Shown here piece by piece: positions 17,235 through 27,352 of a DNA stretch of 64,000 nt. Source of the DNA: Candidatus Poribacteria bacterium (GTDB lineage Bacteria > Poribacteria > WGA-4E > PCPOR2b); NCBI GenBank assembly GCA_965208675.1, contig OZ242351.1:1312001-1376000 (forward strand), written 5' to 3'. Under the pieces are notes generated by a model. That model searched no databases. It saw nothing but the letters and a program-made list of their open reading frames with translations, and was not told the origin of the DNA. Each line of letters opens with the position of its first letter. Position 1 is the first letter of the stretch. The position numbers and the translations under genes are program-made.

Positions 17235-19616
17235 TTAGTTGTCTTCCGCGAGTTTTGGGTTATTGAGTTTGATTGTCGTGTATCGGTCCTCCCCCTCTAC
17301 AATCTGGATAAACTGATTCGACGGAACATTGTGAAATATCTGTGTCTTGCCAGTAGTTGGCCAAAATATCTCTAAACGCTCAATGTTCGATGCTTTTCCT
17401 AAGCCGATGGCTTGCCGTAACGGATTCGCACCAAAAGTGCCGCCGCTGTTAACATGCTTGTAGATAGAGCGGCGATCCCCGTTTTCGACGACGTTTGCAC
17501 AGATGCGCGCACCTATTGCCGATCGGTTCGTTTGAACGCCGATGAGTTTTATCGTAATCCAATGATTATCGAAACCCGGATTTTCATACAACACGTTATT
17601 GTATGCGTCGCCCGGGAGTGCACCGCCCATCTGCTCAAAGACTTCCTGATCGCCGTCGTTGTCAAGGTCAGCGAAGACCGCCCCGTGCCCTTTCTGCACG
17701 TGGCTGAACCCGCCCGAAACACTCACGTCTACGAACCGATTCCCGCCCTGATTCCGGCACATCACGTTCGGCATTATATTCTCATAGTCCGGGTATCCGG
17801 TGCCAAGATAAAAATCCAGGTAGCCGTCGTTGTCCAAATCCCCGAAGTTAGACCCCATCGGCGCCGTGGGGCGAATCAAGTTATATTGCCGTGCGACTTC
17901 ATCAAATCCCCCGACGCCGTTCCCCCGGTAAAGACACGCAAATTCAGTTTCCACAGGTATATCAAGCCAACTCGCCGCAAGGTGTTCGATGTTGGCGGAA
18001 TATGCCGACACATACAAATCAAGTCTCCCGTCATTGTCAAAGTCCCAAAACCACGCAGGAAAGCTGACCTCGGGTAGGTCAACCTTCAGTTTTCGCGCGA
18101 CATTCGTAAATGTGCCGTTCCTATTGTTGTGATATAGTCGATTCCCGCCTTTATAATTGGATATGTACAAATCTAGCCAACCATCGCCATCGTAGTCTCC
18201 CCAGATAACAGATTTCGAGAACCGATAATTCCGTACGCCCGCCTTTGCAGCCACATCGGTAAATGTCCCGTCGCCGTTGTTGCGAAACAGTTGGCACGGC
18301 GCACGCAGCGCTTTGGAAGATTCGTTGCCAATGTACAAATCGAGATAACCGTCATTGTCGTAGTCGCCCCAAGACGCTGTCCCGCTGGGATAATGCGCCG
18401 TCCCCAGACCCGCTTCGAAAGTGACATCCGTGAATGTGCCATCCCCGTTATTGCGCAGTAAGGAGTTCGGGTGTTGTCCTTCGTTCTCAATCCATGCGCC
18501 GCGCAGCACCAGGATATCAGTGTCTCCATCGTTGTCATAGTCCGCTTGAACCATGTTCAACCCGCCGTATAGTCCAATCAGCCCCGTTTCCATTGTCCGT
18601 TCCGTGAACGTCCCGTCCTGGTTGTTTCCGAAAAAGCGAAGCTGCCCGTCGGTATCCCAGGTCGATGTCACAATATCAAGGTAGTCATCATTGTCAAAAT
18701 CGTCGATAATCGCGCCGCCTGACAAATCGAACGTATCCAGCCCAAGTCGCGGCGCAACATTCGCAAAGCGTGGAATTTCTTCCTCCGATTCAAACGCTTT
18801 CCGCGGAATAAGATAAGACTCGGGCACCCGCTCGGGATAGCCCCCGATAGTCATATACGCAATGTTAATCAACCATTGGGCGCCCAGATGAAGTGACGCC
18901 TGTTGCGGTGTTCGTTGGAGCACCTCCCCGAAAAATGCAATCGCTTTTAGAGAAGATTCTTGCTGCGTATGAATTCCGCCGCCTCGTAGTGGTAAAATAC
19001 AGCTCTCCGGTTTGTTGCGTAGGCAGCAATTCTCTGTTTCGCCGCGCCGCATGTAAGCCACGCCAAGGCGATAGTGAGTATGATTTAATACCTCCACCGG
19101 AACCGCATCCTGTTGTGTCCGTGTGAGGTGAAGTGCGCGCTCAAGATAGTCAATTCCTTCGAGTTCATGCCCCAAGTGGAGTAATTCGTGTCCCAATTGC
19201 ATATAAGCCATCCATTTCGTCCGATCGGATGTTCCGGTCGGAAACTCGGCAATCTGCTTACGAAGCGTGCGCGCCTTTGCATCTCCTAGGAAAGAGTTTT
19301 CGTCCGGCGTTTCATCTGCAATCTGTTGCAACAATCTCAGCATCCGTTGGTGGCCTGGCGATGATGTAAAGGAAGATTTCTCAGGAGGCTCTGATACCTC
19401 CGCCCTCAAAGCCGCCGATGCTGTACCATTTTCGCTAGAGGAGCCCTCACCTGCCGCAGGCGAACTTCCCATGCCAACACCCGCCGTCCAGAGGACAGTT
19501 AGCGCTCCCAAAACCACTCGACAAGATAAGAATGCCGTTGGCCGTAATCGATCAGATTTATCCAACACGCCGCGATGTGGAGATGTTTCAATGTTGCGGA
19601 ACTTGAATTTCGCCAT
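17235..19616 (-). CDS. CRTAC1/ASPIC-UnbV family protein with TPR-like N-terminus and FG-GAP repeats
   Basis: Repeated D(Y/F)DNDGxLDL and NNGDGTF; C-terminal NRSAIGA...GLG...I.WP. Confidence 0.92.
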   Translation of the reverse strand: MAKFKFRNIETSPHRGVLDKSDRLRPTAFLSCRVVLGALTVLWTAGVGMGSSPAAGEGSSSENGTASAALRAEVSEPPEKSSFTSSPGHQRMLRLLQQIADETPDENSFLGDAKARTLRKQIAEFPTGTSDRTKWMAYMQLGHELLHLGHELEGIDYLERALHLTRTQQDAVPVEVLNHTHYRLGVAYMRRGETENCCLRNKPESCILPLRGGGIHTQQESSLKAIAFFGEVLQRTPQQASLHLGAQWLINIAYMTIGGYPERVPESYLIPRKAFESEEEIPRFANVAPRLGLDTFDLSGGAIIDDFDNDDYLDIVTSTWDTDGQLRFFGNNQDGTFTERTMETGLIGLYGGLNMVQADYDNDGDTDILVLRGAWIENEGQHPNSLLRNNGDGTFTDVTFEAGLGTAHYPSGTASWGDYDNDGYLDLYIGNESSKALRAPCQLFRNNGDGTFTDVAAKAGVRNYRFSKSVIWGDYDGDGWLDLYISNYKGGNRLYHNNRNGTFTNVARKLKVDLPEVSFPAWFWDFDNDGRLDLYVSAYSANIEHLAASWLDIPVETEFACLYRGNGVGGFDEVARQYNLIRPTAPMGSNFGDLDNDGYLDFYLGTGYPDYENIMPNVMCRNQGGNRFVDVSVSGGFSHVQKGHGAVFADLDNDGDQEVFEQMGGALPGDAYNNVLYENPGFDNHWITIKLIGVQTNRSAIGARICANVVENGDRRSIYKHVNSGGTFGANPLRQAIGLGKASNIERLEIFWPTTGKTQIFHNVPSNQFIQIVEGEDRYTTIKLNNPKLAEDN

Positions 19617-19841
19617 AATTTTCTTTAAGTGCAGGTTACTTGAGCCTTCGTTTAAGGTGATATTATATGCGGAAAGCCTATTATTTTCAATATAATTAAA
19701 CGCTGGGATTCATAAATCCTCTGTAATCTCGACAATTGCCGCCCAATTGACGGCGGCTTCCGCCGAATCACGAAAACCAAGGACGCATTAACAAACACTC
19801 GCTTGGCGTAATGCCTTTCCGATGCGTGTTATTATGTTTTT

Positions 19842-19871
19842 TTGCATTGTTACCAGGTATATAGGTATAAT
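19842..19871 (+). promoter_or_regulatory. Putative sigma70 promoter upstream of the PhyH gene and leuS
   Basis: TTGCAT-18nt-TATAAT. Confidence 0.4.
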
Positions 19872-20071
19872 AGTATTATGAACTTGGCGCGAGTCCATCG
19901 AAAATGACGCATTCGCCAGCAAGCAGGCGATATGCGCTAGCATTCATAGCATACCTGCCGCACGCCACGCTAACTCGAAGAAACGAATCTCAGCATCACG
20001 TGATATTATTTAAGATGGTTGGAGAAGAGAAAACGTAGAATTGGAGATAACGTACATGCGAGGAAATCATT

Positions 20072-20127
20072 TTCCCGTCTTCGCGTCTTCTCGTTTTCTC
20101 CCTTTCTCCTTTTCCCGTCTTCTCCAT
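20072..20127 (+). repeat. Degenerate 8-nt tandem repeat (7 x TTC-N-C-N-N-Y)
   Basis: ttcccgtc ttcgcgtc ttctcgtt ttctccct ttctcctt ttcccgtc ttctccat. Confidence 0.75.
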
Positions 20128-20146
20128 CATAATGGGGGTAGTGCAA

Positions 20147-20905
20147 ATGTCTACGAGTACGGACCTTAATGCCGCAATCGATCACCTTACGGTCTACGGC
20201 TACTGTATATTGGAAAATCGCATTCCCGAGGACATGGCGCTGAGCATGGCTGAGCGATTCCTCGAATTGCACGCAGACCCGCAGTGGAATTCCTTCAAGA
20301 TAGGTGATGAATACTATCAGACATTGTTTGGGATGCTTAACCTTGACGACCGTGTGTGGAACTGTTCCGGTCATCCCGACGCGGTCGCAATCGCAGAGCA
20401 TTTTCTCGGGCCAAACTGTCGAATCCCCGATGCGTGTTCCAAGCCAACTTGGCCCGGTGCGCCGCACGGTCCTCTGCATGTTGATTCCGCCAGCACTTTC
20501 GCTAGGGTACCAAGTGTGCCGTGGATGATCAACGGTATGTGGATGTTGACGGAATTCACCGTAGAAAACGGCGCAACAGGCGTGGTACCGCTGAGCCACC
20601 GCACGCGCTTGCACGGTCCGCCGCCGGACATTACGCCAGACAGTCCGCTAATCAAGACCATCACCGGACGTCCCGGTACGGTGATGTTGTGGCATGCCGG
20701 GCTATTCCACATGTCGCGCGCCAACACCACATCCGACGAAATTCGTGTCGGGCTGAATTCAGGTTACTGCCCACGCTGGTTCAACAACTGGGCTGAAGGA
20801 TGCCATCAGCCGGTTTGGCCCGAAACATACGAGCGAATGCCGCCCGAAATGAGGCGTCTGTGTCCAGGCCGTCTCGGACGCAACCGCGCAGATCTTTACG
20901 AATAA
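20147..20905 (+). CDS. PhyH-family Fe(II)/2OG dioxygenase
   Basis: GYCILEN, LHVD, FTVENGAT.VVP.SH, LFH...N.T...R; start at 20147 follows a GGGGG RBS. Confidence 0.9.
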   Translation: MSTSTDLNAAIDHLTVYGYCILENRIPEDMALSMAERFLELHADPQWNSFKIGDEYYQTLFGMLNLDDRVWNCSGHPDAVAIAEHFLGPNCRIPDACSKPTWPGAPHGPLHVDSASTFARVPSVPWMINGMWMLTEFTVENGATGVVPLSHRTRLHGPPPDITPDSPLIKTITGRPGTVMLWHAGLFHMSRANTTSDEIRVGLNSGYCPRWFNNWAEGCHQPVWPETYERMPPEMRRLCPGRLGRNRADLYE

Positions 20906-20919
20906 CAACCCATGCACCC

Positions 20920-20989
20920 GTAGGAGCGATCTCCGAATCGCGGCTTCGCCAACCTACATTATTCCGGTTGAATTCGGAGATAATTCTGC
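20920..20989 (+). repeat. REP-like locus 2 (module A plus inverted degenerate A, with a B fragment between)
   Basis: GTAGGAGCGATCTCCGAATCGCGGC 20920-20944; CCAACCTACA 20949-20958; inverted GCAGAATTATCTCCGAAT about 20972-20989. Confidence 0.8.
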
Positions 20990-21033
20990 GCCGAAACACC
21001 TAAGATTTATGAGACGAATTAAGGAGCGCCTAA

Positions 21034-23586
21034 ATGCCAAAACACATCTACAATCCCGCCGCCATTGAACCGAAATGGCAGAGCATATGGGAGAAACGTG
21101 AGACCTTTCGCATACCCAACGACCCCGAGGCATGGAAAGGAAAACCAAAATTTTACATACTGGGCATGTTCCCGTACGTTTCAGGCTCCGGCTTGCATGT
21201 CGGCCATCCCAAGGGGTATCTTGCGACCGACGTCATCGCCAACATGCGGCGAATGCAGGGCTACAATGTCCTCCATCCAATGGGTTGGGACGCGTTCGGG
21301 CTCCCCGCGGAGCGCGCCGCTGAACGCGGAAACGTGCACCCCGCGACGATCACCGGCAAAATGGTGGATATGTTCCGCCGGCAAATCAAGCGGCTCGGAT
21401 TCTCATATGACTGGAATAGGGAAATTAACACCTCCGCACCCGAATATTACAGGTGGACGCAGTGGATTTTCCTCAAACTCTACGAGAAAGGTTTGGCATA
21501 CCTTGAAGATGTGCCCGTTAATTGGTGTCCTGCGCTCGGCACCGTCCTCGCCAACGAAGAAGTAAAAGACGGGAAATACATTGAGACCGGCGACCCGATC
21601 GAGCGGCGTCACATGCGCCAATGGATGCTGAAAATCACAGCGTATGCCGACCGGTTGCTTGGAGACCTGAATCAACTCGATTGGCCCGAGGGTCTCAAGG
21701 AGATGCAGCGCAATTGGATCGGGAAATCGGAGGGGGCAGACATACAATTCTCCATCAAGGAAACCAATCTCAATTTTACCGTTTTTACAACCAGACCCGA
21801 TACACTTTTCGGCGCCACATACTGCGTCTTTGCTCCTGAACACCCGCTCGTTTCGCAGATTGCGTCCGATGACCGGAAGGACGCGGTCAAGGCGTACATC
21901 GCAGAATCCAAGAACAAATCAGACCTTCAGCGAACCGATCTCGCGACAGAGAAGACCGGGGTTTTCACCGGCGCCTACGCAATCAACCCCGGCAACAATG
22001 CCGCCATTCCAATTTGGATCGCCGACTATGTGCTGATTTCCTACGGTACTGGAGCAATCATGGCTGTGCCGGGGCACGATGAACGCGATCACGAATTTGC
22101 TGCCGCGTTTAACATCCCCATAGTCGAAGTCATCAGCGGCGGCGAGAAGCCGATTGAGGTTGAACCATTCACCGACGACGGTATCTGTGTGAACAGCGGT
22201 TTCCTCAACGGCTTGCGTGCAACTGACGCAAAAGAAAAGATGATTGCATGGCTTGAACAACAAAACAAGGGCAAACGACAGGTACAGTATCGCCTACGCG
22301 ACTGGCTGTTTTCCCGCCAGCGTTATTGGGGCGAGCCGTTCCCAATTGTGCACCTCGAAGACGGAACCATTACTACCATTCCTGACGGCGGGCTTCCCGT
22401 GGAACTTCCATCAATTGATGAATACCGCCCCACACCCGACGGCAAACCTCCCCTCGCCCGCGCGGGGGATGACTGGCTTTTGGTGTCCCTGCCCGATGGG
22501 CGCATTGGGGTGCGTGAAACCAATACCATGCCGCAATGGGCAGGTTCCTGTTGGTACTATTTGCGGTATATCGATTCGCAGAACCACGACGCCCCGTGGT
22601 CCGCCGAAGCCGAACGGTATTGGCTGCCGGTAGACCTATATATCGGCGGCGCAGAGCACGCTGTATTGCATCTACTCTACGCACGGTTCTGGCACAAAGT
22701 GCTGTTCGACTGCGGACTTGTGTCCACGAACGAACCGTTTCAAAACCTCTTCAATCAGGGGACAATCCTTGCAGAATCGTATCAAGACGATAACGGCAAA
22801 TACTACTATCCGCACGACGTAGAGAAAAAAGGCGATAAATGGTTCATTAAGGCATCCAATAGACCTGTAAGCACGCAACTCGAAAAGATGAGCAAGTCCA
22901 AATTCAACGTCGTGAACCCAGACGATGTCATTGACAAATACGGTGCGGATGCGGTTCGGCTCTACGAACTTTTCATCGGTCCGTTGAGCGTCAGTACGCC
23001 GTGGCAGACCGCCGGCGTAGAAGGCGTTTACCGCTTCCTCAACCGCGTCTGGAGGCTGGTCATTGACCAACACACGGGGGAATTGACTGAGAAATTAACG
23101 GACGCTCCCGGCGACAGCGATGAAGCATTGTGGAAAGCATTGCACCAGACCATCAAAGTCGTCACGGAGGACACAGAATCCATAGACAAATTAAACACGG
23201 CTATTAGCCAGATGATGGTGTTTGTCAACACCGCGACGCAATCCCGTACGTTGCCAAAAGAGTCGATAAGCACCTTTCTGCGGTTACTTTTTCCGTACGC
23301 GCCGCACATCGCCGAAGAACTGTGGGAACGTCTAGGCAACACTGATCTGGTCGCGAAGGCGTCCTGGCCAACGCATGATGCGAAAGCGCTCATCCGGGAA
23401 GAGGTAACAATCGTCGTCCAAGTCAACGGCAAGCTGCGCAGCCGAATTCAACTGCCCGTGGATGCGGGCAACCAAGAAGCTGAAGCTGCTGCGCTTGCGG
23501 ACAAGCGAATCCAAAGCCACGTTGCCGGGAAAACCGTACGAAAAGTGATTGTGGTACCGAACCGGCTGATAAACATCGTCGTGTAA
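21034..23586 (+). CDS. leuS: Leucine--tRNA ligase
   Basis: MFPY.SG.GLHVGH (HIGH), TTRPDT editing motif, [14 protein letters not shown]. Confidence 0.99.
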   Translation: MPKHIYNPAAIEPKWQSIWEKRETFRIPNDPEAWKGKPKFYILGMFPYVSGSGLHVGHPKGYLATDVIANMRRMQGYNVLHPMGWDAFGLPAERAAERGNVHPATITGKMVDMFRRQIKRLGFSYDWNREINTSAPEYYRWTQWIFLKLYEKGLAYLEDVPVNWCPALGTVLANEEVKDGKYIETGDPIERRHMRQWMLKITAYADRLLGDLNQLDWPEGLKEMQRNWIGKSEGADIQFSIKETNLNFTVFTTRPDTLFGATYCVFAPEHPLVSQIASDDRKDAVKAYIAESKNKSDLQRTDLATEKTGVFTGAYAINPGNNAAIPIWIADYVLISYGTGAIMAVPGHDERDHEFAAAFNIPIVEVISGGEKPIEVEPFTDDGICVNSGFLNGLRATDAKEKMIAWLEQQNKGKRQVQYRLRDWLFSRQRYWGEPFPIVHLEDGTITTIPDGGLPVELPSIDEYRPTPDGKPPLARAGDDWLLVSLPDGRIGVRETNTMPQWAGSCWYYLRYIDSQNHDAPWSAEAERYWLPVDLYIGGAEHAVLHLLYARFWHKVLFDCGLVSTNEPFQNLFNQGTILAESYQDDNGKYYYPHDVEKKGDKWFIKASNRPVSTQLEKMSKSKFNVVNPDDVIDKYGADAVRLYELFIGPLSVSTPWQTAGVEGVYRFLNRVWRLVIDQHTGELTEKLTDAPGDSDEALWKALHQTIKVVTEDTESIDKLNTAISQMMVFVNTATQSRTLPKESISTFLRLLFPYAPHIAEELWERLGNTDLVAKASWPTHDAKALIREEVTIVVQVNGKLRSRIQLPVDAGNQEAEAAALADKRIQSHVAGKTVRKVIVVPNRLINIVV

Positions 23587-23666
23587 CCCGCAGAAAATGC
23601 AGAACGTAGTTCGAATTTCGTAAGGGTTCAACACTCGTCAGAGAACTAAGGAGGAAATCGAAAGTA

Positions 23667-25337
23667 ATGTCTGAAACCCAAAATGAAGGCGTACTTATCA
23701 CTCCCATCGGCGGACTGGGAGAGTTCGGATTGAACATGATGACCTATGAGTACGCCGACGACCTCATCATCATCGATGCTGGTATAATGTTTCCCGAGGC
23801 GGACACCCCGGGCGTAGATTTGGTTGTTCCCGATATAACATACTTAATCGAGAATCGGCGCAAAATCCGCGGAATCGTAGTCACACACGCGCACGAAGAT
23901 CATACCGGTGCACTCGCGTTTCTGCTTCGCCAAATAAACATCCCGGTCTACGGTACTGAACTCACGCTAGCGCTCGCCCAACGTAGATTACAAGAGTACA
24001 ATGTTTTAAAGGATGCCCAACTGAGCGTCATCAATCCAGATCGCCAATTGACACTTGGATGCTTCACACTTGAATTCATCCATGTGGCGCACAGCATTCC
24101 CGGTACAGTATCAGTCGCCCTTCATTCGCCCGTCGGTACAATCGTACATACCGCCGACTTTAAGTTTGACCTCACTCCTGTCGACAATCGCCGCACAGAA
24201 ATACACAAACTTGCCATCCTTGGTGAAAAAGGTGTGCTGATGCTAGTATCGGATAGTACCAATGCTGATCGCCCCGGATTCACGCCCTCTGAACGCGCGA
24301 TTTATTCAGATATGGATGGAATTTTTCAGAGCGTTGACCGGCGACTTTTCCTTTCTACATTTTCATCTAGCTTACACCGTATGCAGCAATTCATCGATCT
24401 AGCTGTCCAACATCGCCGCCTGATAGCCGTCACCGGACGTTCCATGGTAAACAACATCCGAATCGCTTCAGAGTTAGGTTACTTAACCGTGCCCCCAGAC
24501 CTCCTCATCGATCCCAGAGAGGTAAAGCAGTTTCGACCCCACGAGGTCGTGGTCTTGAGCACCGGCAGTCAAGGCGAACCGCGTTCCGCAATGGCGTTGA
24601 TGGCGATGAACAATCACGCATTTCTGAATATTGAACCCCAGGACACAGTGGTACTGTCCGCCCGAATCATCCCTGGCAATGAGCGGTCGGTCGGGCACAT
24701 GATAAACCACCTGCTTCGGCGCGGCGCACGAGTCCTCCACGAGAAAAACGCCGATGTCCATGTGTCCGGACATGGCGCACGGGAAGATCTCAAGTTGATG
24801 ATTAACCTCGTGCGTCCCAAATATTTTGTGCCGATGCACGGTGAATACAGCCATCTTGTTCATCATGCCGAAATCGCTGAGGAGATTGGAATTCCTTACG
24901 AAAATATCACAGTGGCTGAAAACGGCGATCAGCTACTGCTAAACCCCGACTTCTGCGGCATCCAGGCGCGCGTTCAATCGGGACGCGTTTTCGTTGATGG
25001 CAAGCTGGAAATGGGTGTTGAGGACATGGTGTTGCATGATCGGCAGGCGCTCTCGCAGGACGGCATGGTAATCCCGATTGTTGTGCTCGATCGCAACACC
25101 GGCAAAATCGCCGCGGGTCCCGACATGGTTTCACGCGGCTTTGTTTACATGGACGATTCAAAACCGCTCATAGACGAAGCCAAAGAGATTGTCATCAATT
25201 CCATAGACGGACTTAGCGAAGAGGTCAAAAGCGAAACAGAGACCGTGCAAGAGGAAATCCGTATAGTCCTCCGCCGTTTCTTCTCAAAACGAACAAAACG
25301 CCGCCCCATGGTGCTCCCCGTAGTCATGCGCGTCTAA
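23667..25337 (+). CDS. rnj: Ribonuclease J
   Basis: GGLGEFG.NM, THAHEDH, TGSQGEP, HVSGH, PMHGEY. Confidence 0.97.
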   Translation: MSETQNEGVLITPIGGLGEFGLNMMTYEYADDLIIIDAGIMFPEADTPGVDLVVPDITYLIENRRKIRGIVVTHAHEDHTGALAFLLRQINIPVYGTELTLALAQRRLQEYNVLKDAQLSVINPDRQLTLGCFTLEFIHVAHSIPGTVSVALHSPVGTIVHTADFKFDLTPVDNRRTEIHKLAILGEKGVLMLVSDSTNADRPGFTPSERAIYSDMDGIFQSVDRRLFLSTFSSSLHRMQQFIDLAVQHRRLIAVTGRSMVNNIRIASELGYLTVPPDLLIDPREVKQFRPHEVVVLSTGSQGEPRSAMALMAMNNHAFLNIEPQDTVVLSARIIPGNERSVGHMINHLLRRGARVLHEKNADVHVSGHGAREDLKLMINLVRPKYFVPMHGEYSHLVHHAEIAEEIGIPYENITVAENGDQLLLNPDFCGIQARVQSGRVFVDGKLEMGVEDMVLHDRQALSQDGMVIPIVVLDRNTGKIAAGPDMVSRGFVYMDDSKPLIDEAKEIVINSIDGLSEEVKSETETVQEEIRIVLRRFFSKRTKRRPMVLPVVMRV

Positions 25338-25356
25338 TGCCAAGGAATCAACTCCG

Positions 25357-25644
25357 GCAGAAACTATCTCCCAACCGCGGTATTTACACGATATTTCTTG
25401 TAGGTTGGGTAGAGCGGATAACCCCAGTCCGTAACTATTGCAAATTCACACTCGGAATATCCAAAGGACGCCCTTTACAAAATAGATGTAGCGGAACCCA
25501 ACGATCAACTGAGCGGATAGCGAAGGCGATAGCCTTCAAGTTCATTCCTCCAGCGAATCCTAACGCTTTTTTACTTTCAAAACCGAATAACATCGTACTC
25601 CCACAATCACAGCCCATCATTTAATCACACAAATCACAGTTCAG
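25357..25644 (+). repeat. Mosaic REP-like repeat locus 3 (degenerate A, split B with 71-nt insert, extra B right arm, C)
   Basis: B-left 25400-25417; B-right TAGCGGAACCCAAC 25489-25502; CAGCGAATCCTAACGCTTTT 25551-25570; C tract 25605-25644. Confidence 0.9.
25435..25539 (-). CDS. Putative 34-aa repeat-embedded micro-protein
   Basis: GGAGG-7nt-TTG; MKAIAFAIRSVDRWVPLHLFCKGRPLDIPSVNLQ*. Confidence 0.3.
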   Translation of the reverse strand: MKAIAFAIRSVDRWVPLHLFCKGRPLDIPSVNLQ

Positions 25645-25650
25645 GAAATT

Positions 25651-26439
25651 ATGGGATTCCCAGTGAAAGCGCTGATTAGCACAATCTGCTTTATCACGGC
25701 AATCACCGCCCACGCGTCTAACGATTTGGTTGTCGGTGTATGGCTTTTCAACGAAGGCAAAGGTTGGTACACCTACAACGAAGCGGTCATGCGTTCATCA
25801 GTTTTAGGCGATCGGTCATGGGTAGACGGCAGGTTTGGAAAATGCTTGGACTTTAGCACAAACCAGCTCTCAAGGATCAGGGATTTGCCTCAACAAATGC
25901 CAGCAGAGGAAATAACGGTTACGGCTTGGGCAAAGATTCTCGACTTTCGTAACGCCCGACTATTCGACTCGACGCCAGACTTCGACAATCCAAATTGGAC
26001 TATCGGCGTGTTATTGCCTTGGGACAACAGTGTACGGTGGCGGTTCGGATCGCCGTACATCGAATTGACCGCCGAATTTGATACAGATGTCAAAGACATC
26101 TGGCGGCACTGGGCGTTTGTTCATAGCAGGCGCGACAACCTAATGGCTATCTATCTCGACGGTGAATTGCTTGCATCACTGAATACTTCGACAAGATTTA
26201 TTCCGCCTGAGGATGCTTCCAGTCTTGTAATTGGCGGGCCGGATAGGTTTCACGGGCTTATCGACGAGTTCGCGATATTCAACATCCCGCTCGCTGAACG
26301 CGATATCCGGTCCGTCATGGCGCGCGGGCTAGCAACCGTACTCACCGTCGCTCCAAATTACAAGCTCGCAACGTCATGGGGCAATATCAAAAGCGGACTG
26401 ATCTCACTTAACAATATAATACGAGACACACGCTGGTAA
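25651..26439 (+). CDS. Secreted LamG-like jellyroll protein with C-terminal KLATSWGNIK motif
   Basis: Signal peptide, LV..WLFNEGKG, W.DGRFGK.L.F, WRHWA, IYLDG, F.GLIDEFAIFN. Confidence 0.9.
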   Translation: MGFPVKALISTICFITAITAHASNDLVVGVWLFNEGKGWYTYNEAVMRSSVLGDRSWVDGRFGKCLDFSTNQLSRIRDLPQQMPAEEITVTAWAKILDFRNARLFDSTPDFDNPNWTIGVLLPWDNSVRWRFGSPYIELTAEFDTDVKDIWRHWAFVHSRRDNLMAIYLDGELLASLNTSTRFIPPEDASSLVIGGPDRFHGLIDEFAIFNIPLAERDIRSVMARGLATVLTVAPNYKLATSWGNIKSGLISLNNIIRDTRW

Positions 26440-26466
26440 TTTAAATTTTTCCCGGGTCGGCAACAA

Positions 26467-26538
26467 CGATCTCCGAATCGCGGCACATACTCCCCTAATC
26501 ATCGCCCATCATTCAATCACACTAATCACGGTACAGGC
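26467..26538 (+). repeat. REP-like locus 4 (module A core plus module C)
   Basis: CGATCTCCGAATCGCGGC 26467-26484, TACTCCC linker, then AATCA nonamer tract. Confidence 0.85.
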
Positions 26539-26632
26539 TACCGCACAATGCGCCGTGGTTTAGGCAAAATGGTATAACCACTCGCCACAGGCCGCTTTTT
26601 ACTGTTTATTTTGCAAACCATTGTAAATTTTC

Positions 26633-26662
26633 TTGACAAGCAAAATAACTATTCCGTATAAT
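26633..26662 (+). promoter_or_regulatory. Consensus sigma70 promoter
   Basis: TTGACA-18nt-TATAAT with AT-rich upstream sequence. Confidence 0.75.
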
Positions 26663-26711
26663 TTTACAAGATTCCGAACTGTTTGATTTAAAATTCTAAA
26701 ATGTTATCTAC

Positions 26712-26755
26712 AGCGAGGCGAGGGCGCTGCACAACTTCCACCCTCGCTTGTTTTG
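26712..26755 (+). terminator. Putative intrinsic terminator/attenuator hairpin
   Basis: GGCGAGGG...CCCTCGCT stem followed by TGTTTTGT. Confidence 0.5.
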
Positions 26756-27352
26756 TGTGAGCGTAAATCGGTATATTGCGTCCAACGAATCTGGATTGGC
26801 AACTAGCACCGCAGCATTTAATCAGAACTTAATTTCGGGCGTGCAACCTGATGAATGCGAAGTGTCCGAAAAATGAAACCTCGATTTAGGGCACAAAAGG
26901 GCACTTTTCGGCATATCGAGACCGTCGCATTGCGCACGGTGCCGGACACGCCGCGGATCCAGTGTCTGAGCGGGCCCTCAAGCATTCTTCAGATGCGCAA
27001 ATCAGTTGACATTTTGCGTATAGAGGGCAGTGCCCCCGGGGACACAATCTCGCTAGTGGGGACACCTTTCCCGACCCCAAAATTTTGCTATTTTCCGTAA
27101 ACGGTGAATCGCCCTAATCATGAAAACTGACGACTATAAATCCGAATGTTCCTGATGATAGCTGGGTAGCAGTTCCGTTGTCGTTCTCCTCCCGCGAGTG
27201 CAGCGATTAAGAATCAGTATCAGATTGCGCTCCTCCCTCCTTCTCAAAATCACATCAAAACAAACCTTCCAATTCAAAAAAGTGCGAATAAACCCCATGA
27301 ATTTTGCCTCTATTAGAGCATAGAGATACTTCTCTGTTTTAATGGAATAAAA

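Noticed and set aside
25337-25624. ORF-track + strand ORFs at 14365-14604, 25337-25624, 30475-30846 and 30816-31091
   Set aside because: They run through the repeat modules, lack convincing RBSs, and their shared peptides (NHTNH, SETQR) just reflect repeat DNA.
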